A stretch of 64,000 nt of DNA, taken from positions 2,080,001 through 2,144,000 of the forward strand of contig CAWGMQ010000008.1 of assembly GCA_963823665.1 (NCBI GenBank). The letters are read 5' to 3'. The position numbers were made by a program, and so were the translations under genes. Position 1 is the stretch's first letter. Every line of letters starts with the position of its first letter. Source of the DNA: an uncultured Planctomycetota bacterium. Its GTDB lineage: Bacteria; Planctomycetota; Planctomycetia; Isosphaerales; Isosphaeraceae. Positions 39,444 through 48,982 of the stretch are shown here, in pieces. The notes below the pieces were generated by a model. That model was not told the DNA's origin. It was given only the letters and a program-made list of their open reading frames with translations, and ran no database searches.

Positions 39444-41213
39444 ATGCAAGTTGATTCGACAACAACTATGGAGAAACCCCAGAACGGTTTGATGGGTCTG
39501 AAGCATTGGCCATACGATCTCCGTTCGGGGTTCATGGTGTCGATGATCTCACTGCCTTTTTCGATGGGGATCGCCATAACCTCCGGCGCGCCGGCGATCT
39601 GCGGGATCGTCTCTGCGATCATTGCCGGCTTCGTCCTCCCGTTCCTGGGTGGGTCGTACGTGACGATCAGCGGGCCCGCCGCCGGCCTGGCGCCGCCGTT
39701 GTTCGCCGGAATGATCTGGCTGGGGGGCGTTGACGTGGGCAAGGGCGCTCGCCAAGACGAGATTCTCAAGGCGGGTTACCCTCTCGTCCTGGTGGCCATT
39801 TGCTTCGCCGGTTTGGTGCAACTGGTCCTCGCCAGGCTGAAGGTGGCCCGCTTGAGCGCCATCTTCCCGGCGGCCGCCATCGAGGGCATGCTGGCGGCCA
39901 TCGGTCTGCTCATCATCGCCAAGCAGATACCCCTGTTCATGGGCGTGAATTTCGAAGCCCATGAGTTCTGGCCCATGCTCCAGGAAGCACCCCACCACTT
40001 CGCGACGATGAACCTCCAGGTCCTGGGACTCGGGATCGCCTGCACGGCTCTTCTCTTTATTCTGGCCGCCATCCCCTGGCGACTCTTCAAACTCATGCCG
40101 CCTCCAGTGTGGATCTTCATCCTGGGCACTCTGGTCAGCCTGTTCTTCCTGCGCCTGGACCCACAGAACCTGATCAACGTCCCCGCGAATTTGCTCCAGA
40201 ACGGCATCGTTCTGCCCCATTTCGGCAAGGCGCTGGGCAATTACCACTTCTGGTTGCCGCTCGGGTACCTCGTTGTCCTCCTCGTACTGATCGACGGCAC
40301 CGAGTCCCTGGCCACGATCGCCGCTGTGGATAAGCTCGATCCCTATCGCCGCCGGTCCGACCCCGACCGCACGTTACTCGCGATGGGCGCTTCCAACATC
40401 TGCTCGAGCACAGTCGGTGGTTTGACCATCATTCCCGGAATCGTCAAGAGCACTGCCAACATCATGGGAGGCGGCCGCACCCAGTGGGCCAACTTCTTCA
40501 ACGCGTGTTTCCTTTTGGCTCTCCTCATCTTCGGCCGCGAACTCATCAACATGGTCCCGAAAACGGTGCTGGCGGCGATCCTGGTCTTCATCGGCTTCAA
40601 GCTCTGCCGACCGAAAGTCTGGGCAAAAGTCGCGCACATCGGGATGGAGCAGTTGCTCGTCTTCGCCGTCACCGTTCTGGTCACCGTTTCGACCGACCTG
40701 CTCATCGGCATCTTCGCCGGCATCGCCATGGAACTGGTGATCCGCATGTGGTACCTGGGCCTGTGGAGCAGCCTGCGGGATGATGATTCAACGGCGCCCG
40801 TCGACGCGCGTCTGCGCACCCGCTTCGTGAGCCTCTTTCGCAATCCAGTGACCCGGCGGGAACTCGACGGCGACAAATGCCACCTGTTCGTGAACGGCCC
40901 TCTCGTCTGTTTCAACATCTTCCACATGATTCGCGAGCTGAGAAACCGGCCGCCCACCTCGCGGGAGATCTGCCTGCACCTGAGCCCGGCCGTGCCCCTC
41001 ATCGATCACACGACATTCGAGTATCTCCGGTACTTGGAGGATGATCTCAATTCTCGCAGCGATCGGCCCAAACTGCAGATCGACGGATGGGACCATCTGC
41101 GACCGCTGACCAAGCACGAGACCAGCACTCGGGTCGCCCTGATATCCACTGCAACCCTCTACGAGACCGCTCGAACGGAGGAGGAGCTCCGCGAAATTCA
41201 GGGCACGGACTGA
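39444..41213 (+). CDS. SulP family anion permease
   Basis: ISGPAAGL, many TM helices, degenerate STAS-like tail. Confidence 0.85.
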   Translation: MQVDSTTTMEKPQNGLMGLKHWPYDLRSGFMVSMISLPFSMGIAITSGAPAICGIVSAIIAGFVLPFLGGSYVTISGPAAGLAPPLFAGMIWLGGVDVGKGARQDEILKAGYPLVLVAICFAGLVQLVLARLKVARLSAIFPAAAIEGMLAAIGLLIIAKQIPLFMGVNFEAHEFWPMLQEAPHHFATMNLQVLGLGIACTALLFILAAIPWRLFKLMPPPVWIFILGTLVSLFFLRLDPQNLINVPANLLQNGIVLPHFGKALGNYHFWLPLGYLVVLLVLIDGTESLATIAAVDKLDPYRRRSDPDRTLLAMGASNICSSTVGGLTIIPGIVKSTANIMGGGRTQWANFFNACFLLALLIFGRELINMVPKTVLAAILVFIGFKLCRPKVWAKVAHIGMEQLLVFAVTVLVTVSTDLLIGIFAGIAMELVIRMWYLGLWSSLRDDDSTAPVDARLRTRFVSLFRNPVTRRELDGDKCHLFVNGPLVCFNIFHMIRELRNRPPTSREICLHLSPAVPLIDHTTFEYLRYLEDDLNSRSDRPKLQIDGWDHLRPLTKHETSTRVALISTATLYETARTEEELREIQGTD

Positions 41214-41365
41214 CGGCTCTACGCTCATCCTGATAATCTAATTGGTTGCTCTTCAACCGGTTCGCGCAAATCCTGAAACCGCTGCACCGCAGTCGGGGTA
41301 ATACCACGATGACCGGCCTGATGGCGGCAGCCGGCAGGGCGGCCAAAGATAGCAGCGAGATACCG

Positions 41366-41905
41366 ATGGATGACGTGGCGCTGGTCGAAGCGCTCCGGTC
41401 GGGTGACCAGCAGGCGCCGCGCCTGTTGATCGAGCGATACCAGGGGGTTATATACGGCCTGTGCTACCGCATGTTAAATCACCAGCAGGATGCGGAAGAC
41501 GTGGTGCAGGAGACGTTTATTCGCGCGCTTCGGGCAATGGCGGGGTTCGATTCCGCCCGGCCAATCGTTCCTTGGCTGCTCGAAATCGCCGCCAACCGTT
41601 GCCGTACGGCCCTCGCACGGCGCGCCCGCAAGCCGATGCTCGCGCTGGCCGAGCACGCCGACAGCCTTGCCGATCCACGCGGCGGGCAGACAGACCCAGA
41701 TGATCTCGCGGGCGAGCTTGCGCGGGCGCTGGACGGCCTGCGGCCTGAATACCGGTTGGTGTTCATTCTGTACCACTCGCAGCACCTATCCTATGACGAG
41801 ATCGCACTGGTCGTTACCCGGCCAATCGGCACCGTGAAAACCTGGCTGCATCGCGCACGGGCCCAGTTAGCCGAAGAGCTTGTGAGACGCGGGATAACAA
41901 TATGA
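41366..41905 (+). CDS. ECF sigma factor (SigW/RpoE-like)
   Basis: DAEDVVQETF, LSYDEIA, GTVKTWLHRAR. Confidence 0.9.
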   Translation: MDDVALVEALRSGDQQAPRLLIERYQGVIYGLCYRMLNHQQDAEDVVQETFIRALRAMAGFDSARPIVPWLLEIAANRCRTALARRARKPMLALAEHADSLADPRGGQTDPDDLAGELARALDGLRPEYRLVFILYHSQHLSYDEIALVVTRPIGTVKTWLHRARAQLAEELVRRGITI

Positions 41906-42708
41906 ACTGTCGGGATTTTGAGCGGCTCTGGAACGAATTGATCGACGCAAGTTCACGGTCGCCGGGCGACGATCACTCCTGCGTGGATACCGAGCGCAGA
42001 CCGCGCTCTTCCAGCATGCGGCCACTTGCCCCGCCTGTCGCCGTTCGGCCGCCGGCTATCAGGCCCTGCAGCGGGCCATTCTTGCGTGGGGAAAAGCCCC
42101 CGAGCCGTCGCATGGGCTCACCGATCGAATCCTCGCGGCAGTCGACGCACCGCCCCGAGCCTCCCGTCTGACCGCGCGCATTGTCGCGCCAGGCCATTCT
42201 CAATCGATGGCCGATCGCGGCCGCGGCGTCGATCGTGGCACTTCTGGCTTTAGGAATCATCATTTCGAGAGTCAATGTCAACCTCGCGCGAGACCGCGGT
42301 CGCCTGGTTGAGAGCGAACCTCTCCCCGCCTCGAACGCCGGAGGTAACCCATCCGAGAGTCCCAGATTGAACGAGGCCCTCGCGAGCGCAAGCGAGGCCA
42401 CGTGGGACCTCGCACGCTCGGCGTCCGAGCCAGCCGCCAGGCTGAGCCGGCAATTCCTCGACGTCGCCGGCGAGCTCGACAGCCCACGCGAGTCAAGCAA
42501 CTCGGCCGCGGTATCCGTCCCCTCGCTCGACTCGTTCGCACCCGACTCGGCTTCCGCGGTGGAAACAATTCAACAGGTCGGTGATCGCCTGGCCAGCGGT
42601 GTTCGACCGCTCTCGTCGTCGGCCCGCCAGGCCTTCGGCTTCCTGCTCGGCCCGCCCCCTCCGAAACCCGACATTCGTGCCAATCCACCCGCCGCGAGGG
42701 GAGCCTGA
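41902..42708 (+). CDS. Zinc-finger anti-sigma factor; frameshifted (~42000, ~42170)
   Basis: MNCRDF..; QHAATCPAC in the shifted frame; TM; ATGA overlap with the sigma gene. Confidence 0.7.
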
Positions 42709-45020
42709 TGCAATCACGATTCGCAACGTGCGCCGCTGCCACCAACTTGCATCGCCTGAATGGTTCGCGCTTCAGGAAGGGCGAGGCCTGGCTGTTGAAA
42801 ACTTGCGATCGACGAAGCGGCGAGTTCCCGCCGTGTGCGTTGCGCAAAGCTTCCCCCCCTTCAGAAGGGGGGGCCAGGGGTGGGATGTTGGAACCTCGTA
42901 GTATGCGGACCGGAGATTTCCCGGCGCGAATGTTGCGCCAAATTTCCCCCCCTTTGGAAGGGGGGGCCAGGGGGGGTGCATTCCAGCGGCCGCCATCACA
43001 AAACCGTCGCGCAACAGAAAACGCCGAGTCGTGCACCTCGAAGTTCGCCAATACGGCCCGCTTTTCACCAGACCGCTCTGGCCCTTCCCAGCACCGCCGC
43101 GCCACGCGGTCGTGCCGCGTGCTTGCCCTCTGCGGCATGCTGCTAGCTACCGCGCTGCCAGCAGCCGCTCAGGACCCTGCCAGCACGGCCAAGGTCGACG
43201 CTCTGCTCCGCCTGGTTCCTTCGGACGCGGCCGTCGTTCTTACAGTCGAAGGCCTTCGCGAACAGCTTCATGCCTTCACGTCCTCTCGCTTGTTCGCCGG
43301 CTTGAAGCAGCTTCCCACGGTGAAAACCTGGATCGAATCCGAAAAGGCGCAGCAGCTCAGGCGCTCACGTGACCAGATCGAGACGGTGCTCGGTATCAAA
43401 CTCAAGAACATCTGCGACGACCTGATCGGTGACGCCGTCATCCTGGCCCTTCGGCTTCCCCCGGAGGCACCGGCTGATTCGAGTCAGGCCCGCGGCCTTT
43501 TGCTCTTCCAGGCGAGAAATCGGGCTCTGCTCGAGCGGTTGATCGAGGCAGTCAACGACAAGCAGCAAACTGGCGGCGAGCTGGCCCGCGTGGTCGCGCG
43601 GGACCATCGCGGAACCGCCTACCACATGCGCGAATTTCCTCCGGCGGCTTCACGGCCGTCCGAATGGTACGTCACCTATCCCGACGGAACGTTCGCGTTC
43701 TCCAACTCCGAATCCTTGATCCAGTCGGTGATCGACCGCAAGGATCGAAATCCGGCGCGAGGCACCACGGCACCCCCGCGCGACGCAGGCAACCCGGGTG
43801 CCACCCTCGACGGGGGTTTGAACGCTCTGCCGCGTTTCCAGGCCGTCAAGCGCCGCCAGAACGCGAAAGCCCTGGCTCGCCTGTTCATCGAACCACGGCA
43901 GGTCGAACGGCTCATCGCCGCATCGCCGCGATCCGGGAAAGCCTCCGATGCCAGAATCATGGAAATGCTCGAGCGTTATCTGAAAGCTGTCGAATACGCA
44001 GGAGCAACGCTTGAGTGGAGCGACGCCGGAATCGTCCTCCACACTGTCGAAACCCTCGATCGTTCCAAGCTCGAGCCCTGGCTCGTGCGATGGGCGGGCG
44101 ATCAAGCTCAAGTTGATCCCACACTGGCCCGCGTGCCTGCCACCGCGATCGCTCTGGCCTCGGGCCATCTCGACCCCCCCGCCTTCTACGAGGCACTTTG
44201 CCAGATCGTCCCCGAGCAAGACCGAACCAAGCTCACGAACCTGGAAACCCTCTTTGGCGGCCTTCTGCTCGGTCAAGATCTGCGCACGCGAATCCTGCCG
44301 CAGCTCGGACCGGGCGTGATCGCGTATCTGGAGTCGCCCCCGGACGAACCCTCGAACGCCGGTGTGAGCGCGGCGATAGCGCCCGAACCAGCTTCATCGT
44401 CCAGCGTCTTCGCCGGCGTGCTCGTGACAAGTCTGCGAAAAGGCAACGGTGCACCCCCCGAAGCTGAGCCATCCGCGAGCCGGGTTACAGCCGCCGCGGC
44501 AATCGAAAACGCCCTGCACACCGTGCTCGCCCTCGCGGCGCTCGATGAAAAACGGAACAACGGCCGGTCGCAGATCATCACCCGCCCCGTAGCCGACGCG
44601 AACGTGACGGCGCTGAGCTCGTCCACCCCGTTTGCATACGCGCTTGACGACGCTGGTTCGCGCTTGATCCTGAGCACGTCTCCCGAAGCCGCTGCGCGCT
44701 ACCTGGAAACCGCCTCGAAACGCGAGGCCGGAGCACGGTTTCGCCAGTTTCGGGCCAGAGCGTTTCCCGACGCCCTGACTTTCCTGTGCGTCGATCTGAG
44801 CGCCCTCTCAACCCTCGCCGGCCGCCGTCACGACCAGCTTGTCGAGCTTCTGGCAACCCGCAAGAACCGGCCCGCCGCGGACGTGGAGCGAGACCTCGCC
44901 CAGGTCGTGGCCTTGGCCAGATTGTTCGATGCCGCCTTCCTGACAAGCCGCTTTGAGCCCGAAGCCGCCGCCGTGCACCGGCGGGCCGGGCTCATCATTC
45001 TCGATCCGGGCGGAAAATGA
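42708..45020 (+). CDS. Secreted DUF3352-like protein (start 42708 or ~43138)
   Basis: Signal-like LLATALPAAAQ then LLRLVPSDA..; long ORF with coding bias. Confidence 0.6.
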   Translation: MQSRFATCAAATNLHRLNGSRFRKGEAWLLKTCDRRSGEFPPCALRKASPPSEGGARGGMLEPRSMRTGDFPARMLRQISPPLEGGARGGAFQRPPSQNRRATENAESCTSKFANTARFSPDRSGPSQHRRATRSCRVLALCGMLLATALPAAAQDPASTAKVDALLRLVPSDAAVVLTVEGLREQLHAFTSSRLFAGLKQLPTVKTWIESEKAQQLRRSRDQIETVLGIKLKNICDDLIGDAVILALRLPPEAPADSSQARGLLLFQARNRALLERLIEAVNDKQQTGGELARVVARDHRGTAYHMREFPPAASRPSEWYVTYPDGTFAFSNSESLIQSVIDRKDRNPARGTTAPPRDAGNPGATLDGGLNALPRFQAVKRRQNAKALARLFIEPRQVERLIAASPRSGKASDARIMEMLERYLKAVEYAGATLEWSDAGIVLHTVETLDRSKLEPWLVRWAGDQAQVDPTLARVPATAIALASGHLDPPAFYEALCQIVPEQDRTKLTNLETLFGGLLLGQDLRTRILPQLGPGVIAYLESPPDEPSNAGVSAAIAPEPASSSSVFAGVLVTSLRKGNGAPPEAEPSASRVTAAAAIENALHTVLALAALDEKRNNGRSQIITRPVADANVTALSSSTPFAYALDDAGSRLILSTSPEAAARYLETASKREAGARFRQFRARAFPDALTFLCVDLSALSTLAGRRHDQLVELLATRKNRPAADVERDLAQVVALARLFDAAFLTSRFEPEAAAVHRRAGLIILDPGGK
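42853..42977. repeat. Two copies of a C7-TT-N3-AA-G7-CCAGGGG palindromic repeat
   Basis: CCCCCCCTTCAGAAGGGGGGGCCAGGGG at 42853 and CCCCCCCTTTGGAAGGGGGGGCCAGGGG at 42946. Confidence 0.8.
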
Positions 45021-45130
45021 GTCCTGCGACCGGGTACTGTCGCACTCACTCAAGGGATGTAAAGGACCAGATCGCCGTTGAGAACCGGGGTTTTCGACCG
45101 CAATCGGGCTTTGAGCTCCTCGATCGTCGT

Positions 45131-45502
45131 TCAGAGGACGTAGGTTACGATGTCGACCCATGAACTACGTCGGTTGTCGAGCACGACCAGCTCAAGCCAC
45201 GAAAGAACGACCGCTACCGTGGCGCTCGGCCGGATAACGAACACGCCCGGGGAAGTTCGACCGAGACGAAGATGTGCGGCCAGCTCTGCAGGAAAAGTCG
45301 CCATGTCTTCCGTGAGTATGATTCGATCAACGCGCTCCGCCCAGATGAGGATGTCCGCATCGATGGAGCCGAGAGGTAGATCACCCGGGTCGCCAACCCG
45401 AGTTGCATCGATCGGTGGCCGTCCGGCAAGGTTATAGTGACGGATCACCGGCCAGAGCGGTTTTCCGCGCAGCTTCTCGTCGAGCACGAAGGCGATGGCC
45501 AT
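45131..45502 (-). CDS. DUF5615 PIN-like toxin
   Basis: FVLDE, D.DIL.WA...RIILTED, PGVFVI. Confidence 0.8.
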   Translation of the reverse strand: MAIAFVLDEKLRGKPLWPVIRHYNLAGRPPIDATRVGDPGDLPLGSIDADILIWAERVDRIILTEDMATFPAELAAHLRLGRTSPGVFVIRPSATVAVVLSWLELVVLDNRRSSWVDIVTYVL

Positions 45503-45505
45503 CGG

Positions 45506-45862
45506 TCAGGATTCCGGCTGCGATGCCGGGGCCTTTCGATCCGCGACGAGCCGCCCGATTCGCAACGCGGCCGGGCTGGGTTGATAAGCCGCGTACTGCC
45601 GGTCGAGCTCAGCTTGATAGTCGGCTACGTAAGGATCGACCAGAGCGCGGTTTTGGTCGGCAAAAGCCAGCACTTCGGCTATCAGATCCGGCGCCAGCTC
45701 GAAGTTCGTGGCGATCGTCGCCGGCGACTCGCCAAGTCCACGGTGGGCTTTCACGATATGGAAAAGCCCGATCCGCCGGCCCGACACACGCACCTCACCA
45801 TCCGGGCTCCAGTGCAGGCAGGACGGAAGCGCGCGGATCAATGCCTCAGGCCGGTTCATCAT
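45506..45862 (-). CDS. DUF433 family antitoxin
   Basis: VRVSGRRI..IV..GESPATIATNFEL; adjacent to DUF5615. Confidence 0.75.
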   Translation of the reverse strand: MMNRPEALIRALPSCLHWSPDGEVRVSGRRIGLFHIVKAHRGLGESPATIATNFELAPDLIAEVLAFADQNRALVDPYVADYQAELDRQYAAYQPSPAALRIGRLVADRKAPASQPES

Positions 45863-46054
45863 TGGTTCCTCATGGAATCGCTTCTCGCGAGGAGGCCAGT
45901 TGTTGAGAACTTGCGAAGATTCATGGCGCTACTCGAACCTCGTGCACTCTCTATATGCCAGTCTACGCAAAGCGACAAGTCTCTGTCAGTGGCGTGTCGG
46001 GAGATGAGCAAAAGGCTCCGATGAACCTTAACCCTTCAGCGGTGTTCGCCACCC

Positions 46055-47173
46055 TCACCCCGGCGGCGGTGTATCCGGCTGAATCGTGCTGTTGACCGTT
46101 CCATACGCGATGTCGACTCCGCTGATACTTCCCCCTGCGCGGATGTTGGCGTTGATCAGACTGTTCTGGGCCGTATTTCCTCCCAGGATGCTGAGCCCAT
46201 TGATGGTCAGCCCGACCCCCAGGTCGAAGAACGTTGGCGCAGCCGTGCCGCCCTGTCCTTGAAAGAGACCCTCGACGACCATGTCGCCCAGCACTCCGTT
46301 CACGACAATGCCGCTGCCGCTGGGATCGACAATCACGTTGCCGTTCACGGTCAGGTCGCTAAGATTGCGGCCAACCATGAGCTGGCCACCGGAATCAAGC
46401 TCCAGGTTACCATTGACCGTGAGCGAATCGTCGAGGTCTCGGCCTACCGAAAAGAGACCGTCGTGACTGATGGTCATGTTGTCCAGAATCGAGATCGGCG
46501 CCAACGAATCCTGACCGATCACGAACCGCCCACCATCGAGGTCCAGACTGCCGATCGTCATCACGCCGATCAGCGAGGCCGTGCTGGTCGAACCTGTGGG
46601 TAGAGCGGTGTTCAGCCCTCCCGAAATCGAGACCAGGCCCGTGGGACCGAGATTGATCGTCGAAACTGCCATCACGCCTACGCTGCCGTCAACCTCCACA
46701 TGCGCTCGGGGCCCGAGCTCGCCGAGCGTGAGAGTTTCCATCGTGTTCATGAGCGGAGTCATGGTCCCCGTCAGTTTCGCTGCGGAGGCATCCAATCCGC
46801 CGAGCTGATCAGACGTGACAGTCAGCTTGTCGATCGAAAGAAGCTGACTGGGGAAGTGGTAGCGCGGGCGCACCTGGCTGACACTGAGGGTGGTATCCGC
46901 GTTCGTCCCGAATGCCGTCAAATCAATCGCACCCTTGCCCGCGGGATGCACCTTGAAGACGCCCGGACCCTCTACCTGGATCCGAAACACCCCGCCGCTG
47001 GACAAGATGTTCCGGACCGCCGACGGCCCGGTATAAACCGAGAGCAGTGCCCGCCCCTCGAGAGTTTCAATCGCGGGGGTGATCCTCGATCGCCGCCGCT
47101 GCGGCCGAGCCCGCCCGAGGCGATGAATCGCGACCGTCGCGCCAAGTGCACTTCGCTTCGCCCACGGAAACAT
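46055..47173 (-). CDS. Extracellular beta-rich protein with the planctomycete export motif
   Basis: RRRSR..ETLEGRALLS followed by Gly-rich beta-helix-like sequence. Confidence 0.7.
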   Translation of the reverse strand: MFPWAKRSALGATVAIHRLGRARPQRRRSRITPAIETLEGRALLSVYTGPSAVRNILSSGGVFRIQVEGPGVFKVHPAGKGAIDLTAFGTNADTTLSVSQVRPRYHFPSQLLSIDKLTVTSDQLGGLDASAAKLTGTMTPLMNTMETLTLGELGPRAHVEVDGSVGVMAVSTINLGPTGLVSISGGLNTALPTGSTSTASLIGVMTIGSLDLDGGRFVIGQDSLAPISILDNMTISHDGLFSVGRDLDDSLTVNGNLELDSGGQLMVGRNLSDLTVNGNVIVDPSGSGIVVNGVLGDMVVEGLFQGQGGTAAPTFFDLGVGLTINGLSILGGNTAQNSLINANIRAGGSISGVDIAYGTVNSTIQPDTPPPG

Positions 47174-47582
47174 GCAGCCCGCTCCCTCCTCGGCACGCAA
47201 TCCGGCATTTCCTTGAACCGACGGCGCCGTTTGCGTAACCCGCAAAGTCGAGCAATCCGGACGATTCCGTCCTTTGCCGGGTTTGCGGGCGATCTCCTCG
47301 TCTTCATTCAATTCGGTCACCGAGGCGCTCCGACTTTTCAGTTGACGCGAAAGTCTTTGGTTCCGATGCCAGGATCAAGGGGAAGAATCTCCTGGCCTGG
47401 CGAGGCTTCCGACGGTATCTTAAACGGTAGTGTGAGGACCCTCCGCCCTTGAGACTTGCCCGCCGGAATCTGAGCCCTCAGAGCCTCTGACCGAATCTGA
47501 TCCCGGGCTCGATTTTTCGGACGGGCGCTTGCCGAGCCCGCGCGGCGCCACCGCGCGTGAAAACTCATCCGGGAGACGTTGC

Positions 47583-48959
47583 ATGCTCCAGTTGACCGGT
47601 AAAGGAAAGACCTTCACTTGCAGCGGCGTCAGCCGGCGAGATTTCCTGCAGGCCGGCACGCTCGGCGCGATCGGCTTCGGCCTGCCGCAGTGGTTCGCCG
47701 CCTGCGCCTCCGGCGCGGTCAAGCCGGAAGCCGACGACCGCGCCTGCATCATGATCTTCAACCTGGGCGCACCCAGCAACATGGACCTCTGGGACATGAA
47801 GCCCGATGCTCCCGCCGAGATCCGCGGGCCATTCAAGCCCGTGTCCACCGCCTCGACGGCGATCCAGGTTTCCGAAATCCTGCCCCGGATGGCCGCGGCC
47901 GCCGACAAGTTTTCGCTCGTGCGCTCGGTCCATCACGGCGGTGCCGCCGTCCACGACGCCGGCTGGCAGATGATGCAAACAGGCCGGCTTTTTAGCGGCG
48001 GCGTCAACACGCCGCATGTCGGCTCGGCGGTCGGTTACCTGCGCGGCCGCAAAACCGATTTGCCCCCCTTCGTGGTACTCCCCGAGTTGATGGGCCGGGG
48101 CGGCGGCAACCTGCCCAACGGCCAGGCCGGCGGCTTCCTCGGCAAGGCGCATGACCCGTTCGCGCTCAACGCCGATCCCTCCAAACCAGGCTTCCGCGTG
48201 CCCGACCTGCTCCCTCCCAAAGAAATCGGCTCGGTGCGCCTGGAACGCCGCCGCAAGATTCGCGAGCTCGTCGATGACGCGGTCGCCACCTTTGAAGCCT
48301 CCGAGAACGCCGCGCTTCTGGACGGCAACTTCCATTCGGCATTCCGGCTCATGACCAGCCGGCAAGCTCGCGAGGCATTTGACCTCTCCCAGGAGACAAC
48401 CGTCACCCGCGAGCGCTACGGCATGACTCGGCTCGGCCAGTGCTGCCTGCTCGCTCGCCGGCTGATCGAGGGTGGCGTGCGCTTTGTCACGATCAACGCG
48501 TTCCTCACCGTGTTCGACGAGATCACGTGGGATATACACGGCTCAAAACCCTTCACCTCGATCGAGGGCATGCGCGACATCGTCTGCCCGATGTACGACC
48601 AGGCCTACACCGCGCTCCTGGAAGACCTCTCGCAACGGGGCATGCTTGACTCGACCCTCGTGTGCAACCTGGCCGAATTCGGCCGCACGCCGCGGGTCAA
48701 CCCCGCGGGCGGGCGCGACCACTGGCCGCTCTGCTACACCGTGGCGTTCGCCGGCGGCGGCGTCAAAGGAGGCAGGGTTGTCGGCGCCAGCGATCCGATC
48801 GGCGCCGTGCCCGCCGATCGCCCCGTCGAGCCAGCCGATATCGCCGCCACGATCTTCCACAGCCTGGGCCTCAACCTCGAAACCAATCTCCCCGGACCGG
48901 CGGGGCGGCCGTTCCCTCTGGTCGACGCCGGACATCGCGAAATTCAAGAGCTTTTCTGA
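47583..48959 (+). CDS. DUF1501 family protein
   Basis: SRRDFL, DLWDMKP, EFGRTP, GRDHW. Confidence 0.9.
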   Translation: MLQLTGKGKTFTCSGVSRRDFLQAGTLGAIGFGLPQWFAACASGAVKPEADDRACIMIFNLGAPSNMDLWDMKPDAPAEIRGPFKPVSTASTAIQVSEILPRMAAAADKFSLVRSVHHGGAAVHDAGWQMMQTGRLFSGGVNTPHVGSAVGYLRGRKTDLPPFVVLPELMGRGGGNLPNGQAGGFLGKAHDPFALNADPSKPGFRVPDLLPPKEIGSVRLERRRKIRELVDDAVATFEASENAALLDGNFHSAFRLMTSRQAREAFDLSQETTVTRERYGMTRLGQCCLLARRLIEGGVRFVTINAFLTVFDEITWDIHGSKPFTSIEGMRDIVCPMYDQAYTALLEDLSQRGMLDSTLVCNLAEFGRTPRVNPAGGRDHWPLCYTVAFAGGGVKGGRVVGASDPIGAVPADRPVEPADIAATIFHSLGLNLETNLPGPAGRPFPLVDAGHREIQELF

Positions 48960-48982
48960 ACCACGCAAGGCGAAACCCGCTT

